Assembly: GCF_036321535.1 (NCBI RefSeq)
Contig: NC_087447.1
Span: forward strand, 47,184,001-47,248,000
Length of the DNA stretch: 64,000 bases
Direction of reading: 5' to 3'
Origin: Camelus dromedarius
Lineage: Eukaryota
Shown here: positions 42,110 through 54,760 of the stretch, piece after piece
Position numbering within the stretch: the stretch's first letter is position 1
Layout: each line of letters starts with the position of its first letter
Translations under genes and position numbers: made by a program
The notes under the pieces: model-generated
Database searches by the model: none
What the model saw: the letters and a program-made list of their open reading frames with translations, nothing else
What the model was told of the DNA's origin: nothing

Positions 42110-44067
42110 AGGCAAGGGGGCGTGACTAGAAGGGAAATAGGTGGGATGCGGCAAATCCCAGAGCCTCCTTGCAAGTTTAGTTAAAACGTGAGACGAAATT
42201 TCTGACTAGTGTAAATTAAAAAGGGATATTCAGCAGACGCCAATTCTGAAACATGTTTATTTATTTTAACCTTTTTCTCTTTTCAGCTCAGGACAGCTTT
42301 TCAAAAAGTTATCTAGGGTAACCGGTGCACCAAAATAGGAATTCCTTTTCTTTTCCTACGCAAGTTTTTTTCGGTTGATAAGCTGATGCCTTGAGAGGGC
42401 TGGGCTTTCATGGGTGCTACCTCATCTCATCCTCATGGCAGCTGCGTGTGGGAAGCTGGGCAAGAACTATTATTCCTGTCTACAGGAAAGGGAATTTAGT
42501 CTTAAAAGTGGAAGAATTTGTCAGTAAGTCAATAAATAAAGCTCAAATCTTCTGATTCCAAGCCTCCTCTTCTCCAGACTAAACCCACAGGCAGGCAAAG
42601 GAGGAACCTCTTCTTTATGCCAGTTCTATCTCCTGCTCCTGCACTTTAAACTTCACATTATCAGAGCCTTCCCTGACAGTTCTGTTTAAATTAACAATCT
42701 TCCTTCTCGCATCTTTCTTATACTGCTATTTTGTCTTCATAACACTTGCCACCTGACACACTAAATGTTTGTTTGGTTTATTGTCTTTCCCCAGTATAAG
42801 TAAGTTCCACGGGATAGGGGCTTTGTTTTTTCACTTTAATATCACTAGCACCCAGAACAGACTGGAATGAAAAGAAGCACTCAAATATTTGTTCAGTAAA
42901 TGGATTACTCTCAGCTTATTAGTGCAGGGAAAATGAGCTTAAGAGTGCAGGCAGACCTGGGTTTCAATTTTGACTCTTGTATTGACTACACGTGTGACTT
43001 TGGACAAACTTCTTTGCCTGATTGTTAATTTTCTCATTATTATCAAAGATAATGATACCTACCTTCAAGACAATCGGTTGTATTAAATGAGATAATATGT
43101 AAACCACCACTGTTCTTGGCTCACAGTAGGTCTTCAAGAAATGGCAGTTACTGTATTCCCTGCTCTAAGGGTTTATTGTATTCCCTACTCTAAACTTCTT
43201 TAGGGCAGAGACGGAGTTTCTCATTTCCTCATCCCTTAATAAACGCACTCAGCAAATAGCTGTTGAATGAGTCAATATTTTGAAAGTACTCAATAGTCAA
43301 AGCATTTTGATCTTCCTATTTTAAGAGATTCCCAGGATATCTTGTCTTTTTAGCCACTCTCTTCACTATAGCAGCTTCTCCCTCCCAACTTAAGAGTTGG
43401 CCACAGGAGGAACAGCAGTCCCTGAGCTCCCACTACCAGGCTGGTCCAAGACAGAGTGCATCTGAGTGTGGACAGTTCAAACCCCTGCTGCAGACACATT
43501 TCAGGGCCCTTCAGTTTACTTAGACCTGCATAATTTTCAAAGCACATACCCATTGATTCTCTCATTTGATTTTCACAAATAACATCCATGAAGGGAGCAA
43601 GGCAGGGCTGAATCACTATCAGCATTTGGTAGGGAGTACTGAGAGCTTAAACGATCAACGTCTGGCTGAGTGGAAAGTAGTAGGGGAGCATGAGAGAACA
43701 CTCACTAGAATCAAGCAGGACTCAGTGACTTCTCCATCTTCAATAACCAATTCAAAACCCCCTAGGTCACAGTGGTGACGTTTTAAAAGATCTTCAACTA
43801 GGGATGACTTCCTTCTGGTCTGCTTAGAAAGCAAAGATTTATGTCAAGTTCCAGTTACCCTACCTGGGTCCTAAGCTTCTGGCTCTTGGGTTAGGGGACA
43901 GAGAACTCCAGCTTTTTTTAGTTTGTAATTAGGTGACTAGGGGAATACTGGAGTGGGGTTTAGGAAGAGGTATAAAGTGAAGGATCAATGCAGTTGCTGT
44001 GGTCACCTACCTCCAGAGTAGAGTTGGAGACCATTCTTCTGAGGAAAACACTATTCCTGAAAAACAA

Positions 44068-44654
44068 TGTTGTGGAAAAATGTGTTACAGCTCAGAGTTA
44101 CAGCTCAGTTGTGACAGCAACCTGGATCCAGGCCAGAGACCAAACAGCACTGGGAGAGTTGGAGAACTCAGGTTTATTATGCCAGCAGGCCCAAATGAGT
44201 TTATACTTTAAGGTCTGGACCTCCTCTGTAGGGTTACACAGGCCTTTTATAGGCTGCCAGTTTTACACTTTGCAACATCATATGCAAATAAGTACAACAG
44301 AAGTTGACCAACCAGGAACAAGCTTTGTAGAAATAGACCAATCAGGAGTAAGCTCCATGCAAATGAAACACTACAAATGGACCAATCAGAAGTTAGGGAA
44401 GTGGACCAATCAGAAGTGAGAGTAATAACCAATCAGGAATGAGAGTAATAACCTATCAGAAGTGAGAGTAATAACCAATCAGGAGTGAAGGAAATAACCA
44501 GTCAGAAGTGAGCTCAGGGAACCAATAGAATTCTAGGTGTAAGTTAGCCGCTTTAGAGGCAAAAAGTGAGATAAAGCCTCTGGGCCAGGGAACCGGACGG
44601 TGCTTGGAGGGGACCAGTGGTCCTGCCGGTCTTTTTATGGGGCTTCCCGCCTCA
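44068..44654 (-). mobile_element. Solo ERV LTR (ERV1-type, 4-bp TSD), 587 bp
   Basis: TG...CA termini; TSD ACAA at 44064-44067 and 44655-44658; minus-strand TATAAAA (44251-44245) and AATAAA (44178-44173); CCAAT tandem array in U3. Confidence 0.88.
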
Positions 44655-44659
44655 ACAAC

Positions 44660-46600
44660 AACACATATTTTTTAACAAATAATTTATTAGATAGTAGATA
44701 ATGAAAGCTGAGTTTTTCACTGTTAGAGAAAGAAATTATAAACAAGGAAAGACAGAAAGCTAAAACGAACCTTGTGGTATTGGATTGGAATTAGGGGGTA
44801 TCAGTATAAACTCAAGGTTTTAAATATATACAGATAGATCAATACAGAATTACAGATATATAAATATGTATGGGTTAGTACATTCCACATGTTACCTCTC
44901 TCTGTCTCCTGAGAGGGTCTGGAAGCAATGATATCTTAAACACTGAATACACCTAGCACCCAGATCTAAACACTGCCGTCCAATAAAAAGAACCAGTTCT
45001 CCTTGGAGAAATGGTTATTTTCAGGACTGGGGCAGGGAAACTATGAGATGACCCAGGACTATCCTGTGTGCCAGAAAGTAAGCAAAGAAAAACCCAATAC
45101 AGGCTTGTGAAAGGAACACAGGAGCCAATTTGAAGGAGCTCCTGATGACCAAAGCTGGACCAATTAGATAAAAAATGATAGTATGGGAATTTCATCCACA
45201 AAGTAAAACAAATATCATGAGGCCATACTGATATAAACAAATATATAAATAGATAAATGGGGGAGGAGTTGGGGAAAGAGACAGCTCTTTCTTACAGTAG
45301 AAACTGAATTAACATAAGAAGTTAGAAGGAAATAGAAGTCACCATTAGGGAAATGCCACAGTTATAAATATTTCAGGCAAGATCCATAGATGATGCTAAA
45401 ATTAGTGGGTAAAAGTTTGAGGACAAATAGGACTTGTAAAGTTTCCAAGTATCCCCAGCAAGATACTTACCAACTACAAAAACTTTATGGTAGAGAAACC
45501 ATGGAGACATCAACTTAACGAAGTGATTAAGGTAAACATTGCCAGTAATAAGTCACAGGCATCGTGAATCCCTTGATATGATGTACTGAGAACAAAATAT
45601 CATTTTTGTGGCATTCTTGCCAAGAACACATAACCTTACTCCAATCATGAGACAACATCAGACAAACCCAAAATGAGAGCCATTCTACAAATAACTGATC
45701 AATATTTGTATTAGTTTTCTATTGCTGCATAACAAATCACCATAAATTTGGCAGCTTAAAAGAACACTCATTTAATATCAGTTTCTGTCGGTCAGGAGTC
45801 CTTTGTTCAGGGTCTCACAAAACTGAAATCAAGGTGTCTGCTAGCTGTATTTGCATTTGAAGGCTCAACTAGAGAAAAGTACATTTCCAAGCTCCCCTAG
45901 GAAATCATTCCCTAGCACCTGTAGGACTGAGGTCTCCATTTTGTTGCTGGGTGTCAGCAGATGGGGACCGCTCAGGTCTTTGCCATGTGACCACCGCCTT
46001 GAACCCACTCACATTTACAATCTCTCTGATGACAGGAAGGGCCCCATCATTTTTAAGGGCTCACCTGATTAGGTCAGATCCACCCAGGTAACCTCTCTTT
46101 TGATAAATCAGACAACTGATAAGTAATGTAATCATGGAAGTGACAGCTCTTCATATTCACAGTTTCTTCTTGCCCTCAAAGTGTGTATAAGGCATGCACT
46201 CCCTGAGGGAGGAATCTTAGGGGTCATCTTAGAATTCTGACTACTATGGTGCTCTTCAAAAGTGTCAAGGTCATGAAAGATAAGGAAAGACTGAAAAGCT
46301 GTAACATACTGGAGGAGATTAAGGAGGAATAAAAACTAAATACCTTGTATGGTGGTGGATAGGATCTGGAGGCAGAAAAAAAATTCATGGAAAAATAGTG
46401 ATTTTTCAAGTAAATTCTATTGTTTGGTTAATAATATTGTACAAATATTGATTTCTCATTCTGAATCACTGTCCTGTGGTTATTTAAGATGTTAACAATG
46501 GGAAAGTAGAGTGGGGGATATAAGTGAACTCTTTGTACCATTTTTGTAACCTTTCTGTAAGTCTAAAAAGAATTCAAATAAAACATTTTTAAAAAGGAAA
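44660..46600 (+). mobile_element. Old L1 (L1MC-like) 3' region, interrupted
   Basis: acatcagacaaacccaaaatgagagccattctacaaataactg|...|ctcttcaaaagtgtcaaggtcatgaaaga...tttttgtaacctttctgtaagtctaaa and an A-rich end. Confidence 0.65.
45708..46246 (-). mobile_element. MLT1-type MaLR LTR inserted in an old L1 3' region
   Basis: tgtattagttttctattgctgcataacaaatcacc...aatcaaggtgtc...gggtcatcttagaattctgactac. Confidence 0.7.
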
Positions 46601-47340
46601 TGTAATTCAGTCTAATTTCTTCCTCAGATTAAGTTGGTAGATAGGTTAGGTAGGGGAAATGGAGAAGAAACTGATGTGCATCAAGGATCTATTTAGTAGT
46701 CCAGTCAACAAAATATTTACTGAGCATCTTTACTGGAGTCAACTCCTTGAGGGTAGGGTCCATGTCTTCCTCATTTATGTATCCCAAACACCTTGCACAG
46801 TATCTGGCACAGAGAAGGCATGTACATTTTCATTGAATTGTGACAATAAGATGGGATTTTGCCCCCCATTTTACAGGCAGAGAAACTGAGATTTAGAGAG
46901 ATTCAGTGACTTGTCCATGTCATACAACTAGTGAGTAATGGCTTTACAGGATGCCAGTCTAGTCTGTGTGATTCCAAGGCCTACTTCCTCCACCTCATGC
47001 TGCTCTCCATCTTGGGTGAAGGGTCATTCAGTTCAAAGAGCACTGTATCATATGAATTAACATACAAAATTTGCATGATTCTTTTGAAGGTAAAATATAC
47101 TAGTTTTCAAAGAAACTTCATGTTGCATGGATGATGGTGGCTAGAACCCCAGATCTTTTCATAGTGTTCCAGTGGAAACACTCACGAACACTTTTTCCCT
47201 AGAATTTATATGGTCAACTAACAGCAGCAAAAGATACAATTTAAAAATAAGGTATTCTTTCAAATATCAAGAGTGACTGATAAGTAGTCCATTTTGGTTA
47301 GCCTTAATGACTCAAAGATCTTTTAAAATATATTTAGTAT

Positions 47341-47848
47341 CGCAACCTAAATGTCCATTGACAAATGAATGGATAAAGAAGTTGTGGTATATTTATACAA
47401 TGGAATACTCCTCAGCCATAAAAAAAGAATAAAATAATGCCATTTGCAGCAACATGGATGGACCCAGAGATTACCATACTAAGTGAAGTCAGAGAAAGAC
47501 AAATACCATATGATATCACTTGTATGTGAAATCTTTAAAAATGACACAAATGAACTTATTTACAAAAACAAAACAGACCCACAGCAATAGAAAACAAATT
47601 TGTGGTTACCAGAGGGGAAGAGGGGAGGAAGAGATAAATTAAAGGAGTTTGGGATTAGCAGGTACAAACTACTATATACAGAACAGATAAACAACAAGGT
47701 CCTAACTGGGAACTATATTAAATAACTTGTAATAACCTATATAAAAAAGAATATATATATATGTATAATAGAATCACTATGTTTTACACCAGAAATTAAC
47801 ACAGCATTGTAAATCAGCTATACGTCAATAAAAAATAAAAAAATAAAA
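47341..47848 (+). mobile_element. L1 3' end
   Basis: gcaacctaaatgtccattgacaaatgaatggataaagaag...aatcagctatacgtcaataaaaaataaaaaa. Confidence 0.88.
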
Positions 47849-49055
47849 TTTTAAATATGTATCTAGTACCATACCTAGGGGTCAATGATAGGGTCTGGAG
47901 ACACAGAATCTACTTCCTGTGGATCCTACTGGATACTGTCATACTCCTACCTCACTGCCCACTCTCCCACAGCTCTTCTTTGAATAAGTGAGATGAATGG
48001 ACTTTTTAGTAATAATAGCAGCTAAATTTTATTAAAAATTTACTATGTTCCAGCCACTGTGCTAAATAACCTACCTGCAAGTATTATTTATATACTCAGA
48101 TAAGTTTCTCCCAGATTTTGCTGGATATGTTTTTTCATGCGATCTCTTTAGTTGATGAATGCAAAATACCCCAGTGATAGCATGTAAACCACATCTGAGA
48201 AATCTTGGAGAAACTTATCTAAGCATCTTACGAAAAGAGAAGTTGATAGCTACTGAATGCTGAGATTTATTCTGAGTCAGGCACTGTGCTAATGAACACT
48301 CTGTATGAACAAATATTTCTTACATTAACCCTATGAGTTAGGTTTGTCTGACTCAGAGCCCAAACTCTTAGCCATTACACAACTTGCTTTCCTGAGGAAG
48401 GAAACGTGTGTGTGTTTTGTGTTTGTGTGTGTACGGGTGTGTATGAAAAATACTCTGCATTATTTTTTCTCAAACACATTGCACAAGTTCCTGTATTAAC
48501 AAATAGAAGATGGTGAATATAATTTAATCTTTTCCTGATGATAAAAGTTATTGCTATCATGACAGATTTTTTGGTACCATATTGTAAATGTAGAAATCTT
48601 AAGCACTAACTCAAATCATGCATGGAAAATATTTTGCTGAATAAATCTCTTCTATCACCTCCTTTTCTTCTCATGCCTCTTTCCCACAAAATCAAAGTGT
48701 AGTATGTGGCCTGTGGGCAGGGTAACATGGCTACTTTTTATGCTAAAGATGAGAATTTTGTTTATGATAAATCTGCCATTTTCTGTAAGTAGGGAAAAGA
48801 TGAAATCTTTACTAAATGGTGTTGGGACAACTGGGTGGCCAATCGGAAAAAATGGATTTCTATCTTACCCCTTCCACCAAAATAAATGCCTACTGAATCA
48901 AAATATTGAAATGTGAAAAAGACAAAAATTCTAGAAAAAAACAAAGTAATTTTTAAAAATGACTTTGAAGTACAGAAGCTTTCTAAGCATGACACAAAAC
49001 TTGGAACCCACAACAGAAAAGACTGATATATTTGACCCCATAAAAAATAATTCTG

Positions 49056-49770
49056 GGAGACGGTGTAGAGAAAAGGGAACCCTCCTGCACTGTTGGTTGG
49101 AGTGTAATTTGGTGGAGCCACTATGGGAAATAGTAGGGAGATTCCTTAAAAAACTAAAAATAGATTTACCATATGACACAGCAATCCCACTCCTGGGCAC
49201 ATATCCAGACAAAACTCTAATTTGAAGTGATACATGCGCTCCAATGTTCACAGCAGCACTATTTATAATAGCCAAGACATGGAAGCAATCTAAATGTCCA
49301 TTGACAGATGACTGGATAAAGCAGATGTGGTATATACATACAATGGAATACTCCTCAGCCATAAAAAAGAATAAAATAATGCCATTTGTAGCAATATGAT
49401 GGACCCAGAGATTATCATACTAAGTGAAGTAAGTCAGAGAGAGAAAGACAAATATATATCACTTATATGTGGAATCTAAAAAAAAGAAATGAACTTATTT
49501 ACAAAATGGAGACAAACATACATACATGGAAAACAAACTTATGATTACCAAAGCGGAAAGAGAGGGAGGGATAAACTAGGAGTTTGGGATTAGCAGATGC
49601 AAACTACCATGTACAAAATAGATAAACAGCAAGGTCCTACTGTATAGCACAGGGAACTATATTCAATAGCTTGTAATAACCTATAATGAAAAAGAATATA
49701 TATATGTATAACTGAATCACCATGCTGTCAACCAGAAACTAACACAACATTGTAAATCAATTAAAAAAAT
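49056..49770 (+). mobile_element. Young 5'-truncated L1 with 10-bp TSD, inside an older L1
   Basis: ORF2 C-terminus ([19 protein letters not shown]...[12 protein letters not shown]) plus 3'UTR and A tail; TSD AATAATTCTG at 49046-49055 and 49771-49780. Confidence 0.9.
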
Positions 49771-51460
49771 AATAATTCTGATGGAAAAATACCATAAACG
49801 GTGAAAAATATAAATGACAATCTGGGAAAGATATTCATACCACAGTAATGAAGGGCTAAATAATACAGAGAACTCCTACAAAATATGAAAAAGACCTATA
49901 ATACAACAGGTAAATAGACAAGGGCAAAGCCTGTGCTAGCTTATACCACGCCTTGTGCAAAGTATGCATTTTTTAAAACTACAATGAGATATGGTTCACC
50001 TATCAGATTGGCAAATATACATATTTTATATATTTTAAGTATGTACACACTTAAGTTATATATTAAGTGATATATATATAACAAGGTGTATACACACACA
50101 CACACACACATCTTTGATAAGTTTATGAAGAAAAGGACATTCATATTCTCACATTTTTGATGGAAGTGTTAATGTGTACAGACCCATGGAGGGCTAACTG
50201 ACAATACCTAAATATCGGAATTTAAAATATAGATATACTTGCACGTGTAATATGAGGACTGTTTGGGGGTATTTGTAATGATAAGAGATTATTAATAGCC
50301 TGAATAGCCATCAATAGAAGACTTAGTAAATGTGTCTGGTACAGCTAAAAAATATTAAAATAATAGGGTAATCCTATCTCTTTTCCCATGGAACAATTAG
50401 GTATTTTAAGTAAAAAAAATCAAGGCACAGAACATCCATCTGTATTGTATACAATCACTGGTGTTATTTGGGAAAAAATACATTTATGTGATTATATCCA
50501 GGATATCTCGGGAAGGATAATAGAAATAGTTGCCCTTGGGGTAGACAAAATGGGGCTGGGGGATCAGGGAAAGAAGCAGCTCGGGAGAGAGAGTTTACTT
50601 TCCACTGTATACATTTTGAATTTTGTAGCATGTACATATATTGTCTGTTCAATTAAATCAACCAATCTCTATTATTTCTATATCAATATTCACTTTAAAT
50701 TAATTTCTGGCATCAGGAAGTGAGAGTGCTTGGACTCTGAGGCTACTGCCTTATTTTTTCTCGGGTAGAAACACTAACATCTTGTGGACTTTTAAACATA
50801 ATGCGGCAAAACAGCATAATCAGAATTTTCACTATTCCATTCTACTCCATTCCTCTCAACAAATATTTGTTGAATGCCTACCCTTTATGGCATTTGTCCA
50901 ACTCTTCAAACCTGACAAAGTTTCAATATTTCACTTCGTTTACTGAATAGCTGTGAGGCACCAGGTACTGAAACTGCTGTCGCGAATGAGGCATGGAGCT
51001 GGGGAGGGTCTGCCGTTAACAGGGAATATCAATATAGAATGGTAAGTGTTCCAACAGAGACAACTCAGGTTTCCCTGGGAGCACACAGCAGGCTGAGTGG
51101 TCAGGGAAGTGACATCTGAGCTAAGCTCTGAAGGAGGAGCAAGAATGGGCCAGATGAAAGGCACTAGTGCAGCTGGTGTAGGGTGGGGGCACTGGCAGAA
51201 CACATCACTGTAGGTAAAGGGAACGCTATAGGCAAATCCACGAAGACAGTACATTTTTCTTTTGTGTAATGCATGTTTGAGGAACTGTGTGTTCAGTGTG
51301 GCTGAAGTGTGGAGTAGGAGGGGCTAAGAGGTGAGAAATGAGGCTTAACCAGAGATGTTAAACAATTTACTAGGTTCTCTCAGCAAGTATGTAATGCGCC
51401 AAGAACTTGAACCCAGGACTAAGTGATTCCACCACTTCCTCTCATTCTCACTGTGAACCC

Positions 51461-51568
51461 ATAAGGGACCTATGGGATAATATAAAGTGTGCCAATCTTC
51501 GCATAATAGGGGTCCCAGAAGGGGAAGAAAGATCAAAGGGGATTGAAAAGGTTTTTGAAGAAATCATG
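51461..51568 (+). mobile_element. L1 ORF1 fragment
   Basis: Translates IRDLWDNIKCANLRIIGVPEGEERSKGIEKVFEEIM, the conserved start of the L1 ORF1p RRM (NLRIIGVPE). Confidence 0.88.
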
Positions 51569-51583
51569 AATATATATATTCTT

Positions 51584-51688
51584 AAAAATATGAAACGCTT
51601 CATGAATTTGGGTGTTATCCTTGGGCTGGGGCCAGGCTAATCTCTGTTATCATTCCAATTTTAGTATATGTGCTGCCAAAGCAAGCAC
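51584..51688 (-). pseudogene. U6 snRNA retrocopy (full length, diverged)
   Basis: Reverse complement GTGCTTGCTTTGGCAGCACATATACTAAAATTGGAATGATAACAGAGATTAGCCTGGCCCCAGCCCAAGGATAACACCCAAATTCATGAAGCGTTTCATATTTTT aligns end to end with U6. CpG decay, indels near ACAGAGA, and MIR-like sequence instead of PSE/TATA upstream. Confidence 0.93.
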
Positions 51689-51977
51689 AAGGTTAAGTAA
51701 TTTAACTAGTGTCACCCAGGTTGTAAATGACAAAACTGGGGCTCTTATGTTCTGAATCCAAAGCCCAGGCTCTTAAACCCTACAAAATCCTGGCTGGCAG
51801 GGGAAAAAACAGAAGAGCCACATGAAATAGACACTTCTGAAGTTTGCCTGAAGTCTGGAGGAAGAGAAGAATCAAAAGGAGCAGTTATCACAGTGCTGAG
51901 TCAAACTGACACATTCCGACATGGGGTGGGAGGGTGAATTCTCTCATAACTGAACAAACACCACAGACAAATGAGAG

Positions 51978-52558
51978 TGAGGTGGTAAAACAGCAGGGAA
52001 GGGAGCAGGACACAGCCATTAAAGGAATGACATAACAATCAGCACCAAGATGGTGGAAAAGTCAACTCCCAATAGACCTGGAGGCCCACGATGGCAGGAG
52101 ATTCAGCCTTCAGTGGACTTGAGCTTCATTAACATGGTGAATGACACACCCACAGGCACCATGACAGTTCTGAAGCTAACCATGAAAGGTCAAGGAGAGG
52201 GTGGTGGCCCAATTTCTGGGAATCCCTGCCCCTTCCCCAAAGTAGTTGGAATAATCCCCTCACTTGTTAGCATATAAAAACTAGCAACACTATACCTCAC
52301 GCTTCTTCACCTTCCAAGATGACCCACACTCTGTCTACGGAGTGTATATCTACCTTTACTTTAACTAACCCCCCCACAAACACATACCGTGTACATCTCT
52401 CTAAATAAATCTATTATTCAACTGTGGCTCATTCTTAAGTTTTTTTCCTACACGAAGCCAAAAACCCTAACTTGGTGGGGTGAGTCCCAGGGACTCAGCT
52501 GAGACCTGGGACACAGCCATCCTCTCACGCCCCTCCCGCCATTCTTTTTCCTATATCA
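51978..52558 (+). mobile_element. Solo ERV LTR-like element
   Basis: Starts TGAGG, ends TATCA; TATAAAA at ~52273 and AATAAA at ~52406 in LTR-like order; two AAGATGG/ACGATGGC YY1-like motifs. TSD not clearly preserved. Confidence 0.65.
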
Positions 52559-52939
52559 GTGGGAATGCTCCCCAAGGGAAGGAATTCCCAGTTGCCTGGG
52601 TGCACACTTAGCCCTTCCCTGGGTGGGATCTCCACCACCACCACCTCTCCAAGCTTGAAGGGGCTCTGGTGTCTAACTGGACAAGCACAATGCAAATCTA
52701 TTTCCCTGTCATTTATCTGAAATATTTGACATTCTTCAAATATAATTTTACTAGGAAGATGACAGAAGAAGACTCAAGGCAAAGGAACATACTCTAGAGC
52801 ACATATTTTTGATAGGAAGGAGAGTGAATTCTGGCCACGAATCTACTTGGCTGGCCCTTCTCTCTGGGCACTTAAACTCCTACTCCTTCCTCCAGTCTCA
52901 CCTCTGTCTTGCTTGGATAGTGGAGCAAGTTCCTTTGTC

Positions 52940-53710
52940 TCCTGTCACAGGATGGGTTCTCTAGAAGCAGAAGCTGAGATAGAGTTTTGGCTGCAAGATG
53001 GTAATTAGGGATTGTTAAAAACAAGACAAGGGCCCCCAGTGAAGTAGCTTATGCTAAGTCCCATGTCACCAAACTGAGACTTAATTACAGTTTTGGCTTT
53101 CCCAGAAATGGAATCTTAAACTAGCCAATCAATAATTGCCTGATCAGCATTAAAAGGGTAATCTGCTTGATAAATCCCTGGCAGCCCCTGTAGGGAAAGT
53201 AACCTTGCAATAACCGATCTGCTTTTTCGCCTACTGTAACTGATTTGTTTCTGCTCCCTTTGGCCTCTAAAAGTCTTTCATTTTGTACTCCTTTCTATCT
53301 GCTAGATTGGAGGATGCCTGATTCACGAATTGTTAAATAAAGCAGATAAGATCTTTAAAATTTACTTAGTTGAATTTTGTTTTTTAACAGGATCAACACA
53401 TGTAAAGAGAAGCAGGGGGAGATAGGAAGCAGGGTTGAGCAGAGGAAGAAATCAAACTGCAGTACTGAGTTGCCCATGCCTTGGCCAGACCAGAGTTATT
53501 CTGGAGTGCTGTCTGTCAGAGTGCCCTATGTCTGACATAAATAGCCAGGTCTTAATCTCCTTCCATCCACCACTGCCATCACCAGCACCTCACTCCATCA
53601 CCGGTGAGGGCTGCTTAGGCAGACCCTTAAAGAGCTGGCCACTAGTCTGTCTACTGACTACATTCTCTGCATCTGAGTAGCAAGTCCTTCCTTGAAGGGG
53701 TGTCTGAGCA
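52940..53710 (-). mobile_element. Older ERVL LTR (LTR16-like) interrupted by the 53013-53389 LTR
   Basis: gaagcagaagctgagatagagttttggctgcaagatg...gat|caacacatgt...gaagcagggttgagcagaggaagaaatcaaactgcag resembles LTR16-family consensus and reads continuously across the insertion. Confidence 0.55.
53013..53389 (+). mobile_element. Solo ERV1-type LTR (MER34-like), 377 bp
   Basis: TGTTAAAAA...TTTTTAACA inverted termini; 4-bp TSD GGAT at 53009-53012 and 53390-53393; CCAAT and AATAAA (~53336) present. Confidence 0.85.
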
Positions 53711-54270
53711 GTACATCTCCATGATTACCAAAATTTATAACACCATTCATTTATTCATTCATTGACTATTCAATGTGCTATGTACTAGCTACTGTGTTGA
53801 GTGCTGGGGGACAGGAGCAGACAAAAGGATGAGGCAGAAATAGAACCCATCCAACTGTTAGTCTAGTGGGGGAAATCAGATAATTATTTAACAGGGCAGT
53901 GAACTCCCGGTCAGTGAGAGTGCCTGGATAAGAGTCACTGCTCTAGGTGGCGTGACCTCTGCTCTCTCTCAGTCAAGCTTTTCAAAAGATAGCCCACATC
54001 TTATAACTCAGTTCTCATTCTCTCATCATCCCAATGCAAACTGTGTCCTCATCTTCTGGTCTACTGGAACTGCTCTTGGTGAGAAACCTTCTGTTAATCT
54101 CTACCCCTAGGGTAATTTTTTTATTATAAATTCTTAAATGGAAGTAAGTTCAGGGAGCCATGGGAGTCTAGAGGGAAAGCAACTAACTATGCCTAGGCGA
54201 CACAATCCAAGCTTCTCAAGGGAGGAAACATTCAAGCAGGCTTTGGAGAATGAACAGGAGCTTGTGAGGT

Positions 54271-54760
54271 CAGTTGTTTTCAAAGTGTCATCTTTGGACT
54301 GCCGGGGGTTCCCAAACCTTTGGAAAGAATTTATAGGGGTGGGGGGTATAGTTAGGGAGGGTGGGTACAGCTCAGTGGTAGAGTGCATGCTCAGCACGCA
54401 TGAGGTCCCGGGTTCAATCCCCAATACCTCCTCTAAAAACAAACAAACAAACAAACCTAATTACCTCCCCCCACCAAAAAAAAAAAATCTAAAAAAGAAA
54501 ATTTACAAGGTCAAACTCTTTTTATAATAATACTGATATTTGCCTTTTTCACTGTATTGACATTTACATTGATAGTGCAAAAGAGGGGGGTGGGGAAAGA
54601 TGCTGGCGCTTCAGTATGAATCAGAGCAGAGGCACCAAACTGCACAAGTCATTCTATTCTTCAGCCATGCCTTTGCAGTAAAAGGCCACTTTCACTTAAA
54701 AATGTCCTTGACCAAGTTTTAAACATTATTAATTTTGTTAAACCTCAACTCCCTTAAGAG
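54271..54760 (+). mobile_element. Charlie1-type hAT DNA transposon fragment (SINE inserted)
   Basis: cagttgttttcaaagtgt...aggtcaaact.tttttataataatact...tttgcctttttcactgtattgacattt...gcaccaaactg...ttcacttaaaaatgtccttga resembles recalled Charlie1a/b. Confidence 0.7.
54345..54500 (+). mobile_element. tRNA-derived SINE (Vic-1-like)
   Basis: gggtacagctcagtggtagagtgcatgctcagcacgcatgaggtcccgggttcaatccccaatacctcc, followed by (AAAC)n, cctaattacctccccc and poly(A). Confidence 0.85.

Larger units (their letters stand above)
41400..42200. promoter_or_regulatory. CpG-island promoter of CLPB
   Basis: High GC and dense CpG over exon 1 and ~300 bp upstream, in an otherwise CpG-depleted window; no TATA box seen. 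Confidence 0.9.

Noticed and set aside
41486..42129. Several plus-strand ORFs antisense to exon 1
   Set aside because: Expected shadow ORFs in a stop-poor GC-rich CpG island; no recognisable homology.
43988..44419. 143-aa ORF with a repeated KWTNQK
   Set aside because: Translation of the LTR CCAAT tandem repeats.
44380..44530. Regularly spaced repeats resembling a CRISPR array
   Set aside because: Head-to-tail 23-bp units with no unique spacers, inside a mammalian LTR; no cas genes.
51584..51688. Functional U6 snRNA gene
   Set aside because: Many substitutions and indels and no PSE/TATA upstream; retrocopy.
54360..54432. tRNA-like sequence with A and B boxes
   Set aside because: It is the head of a SINE with a tail and sibling copies in the window, not a tRNA gene.
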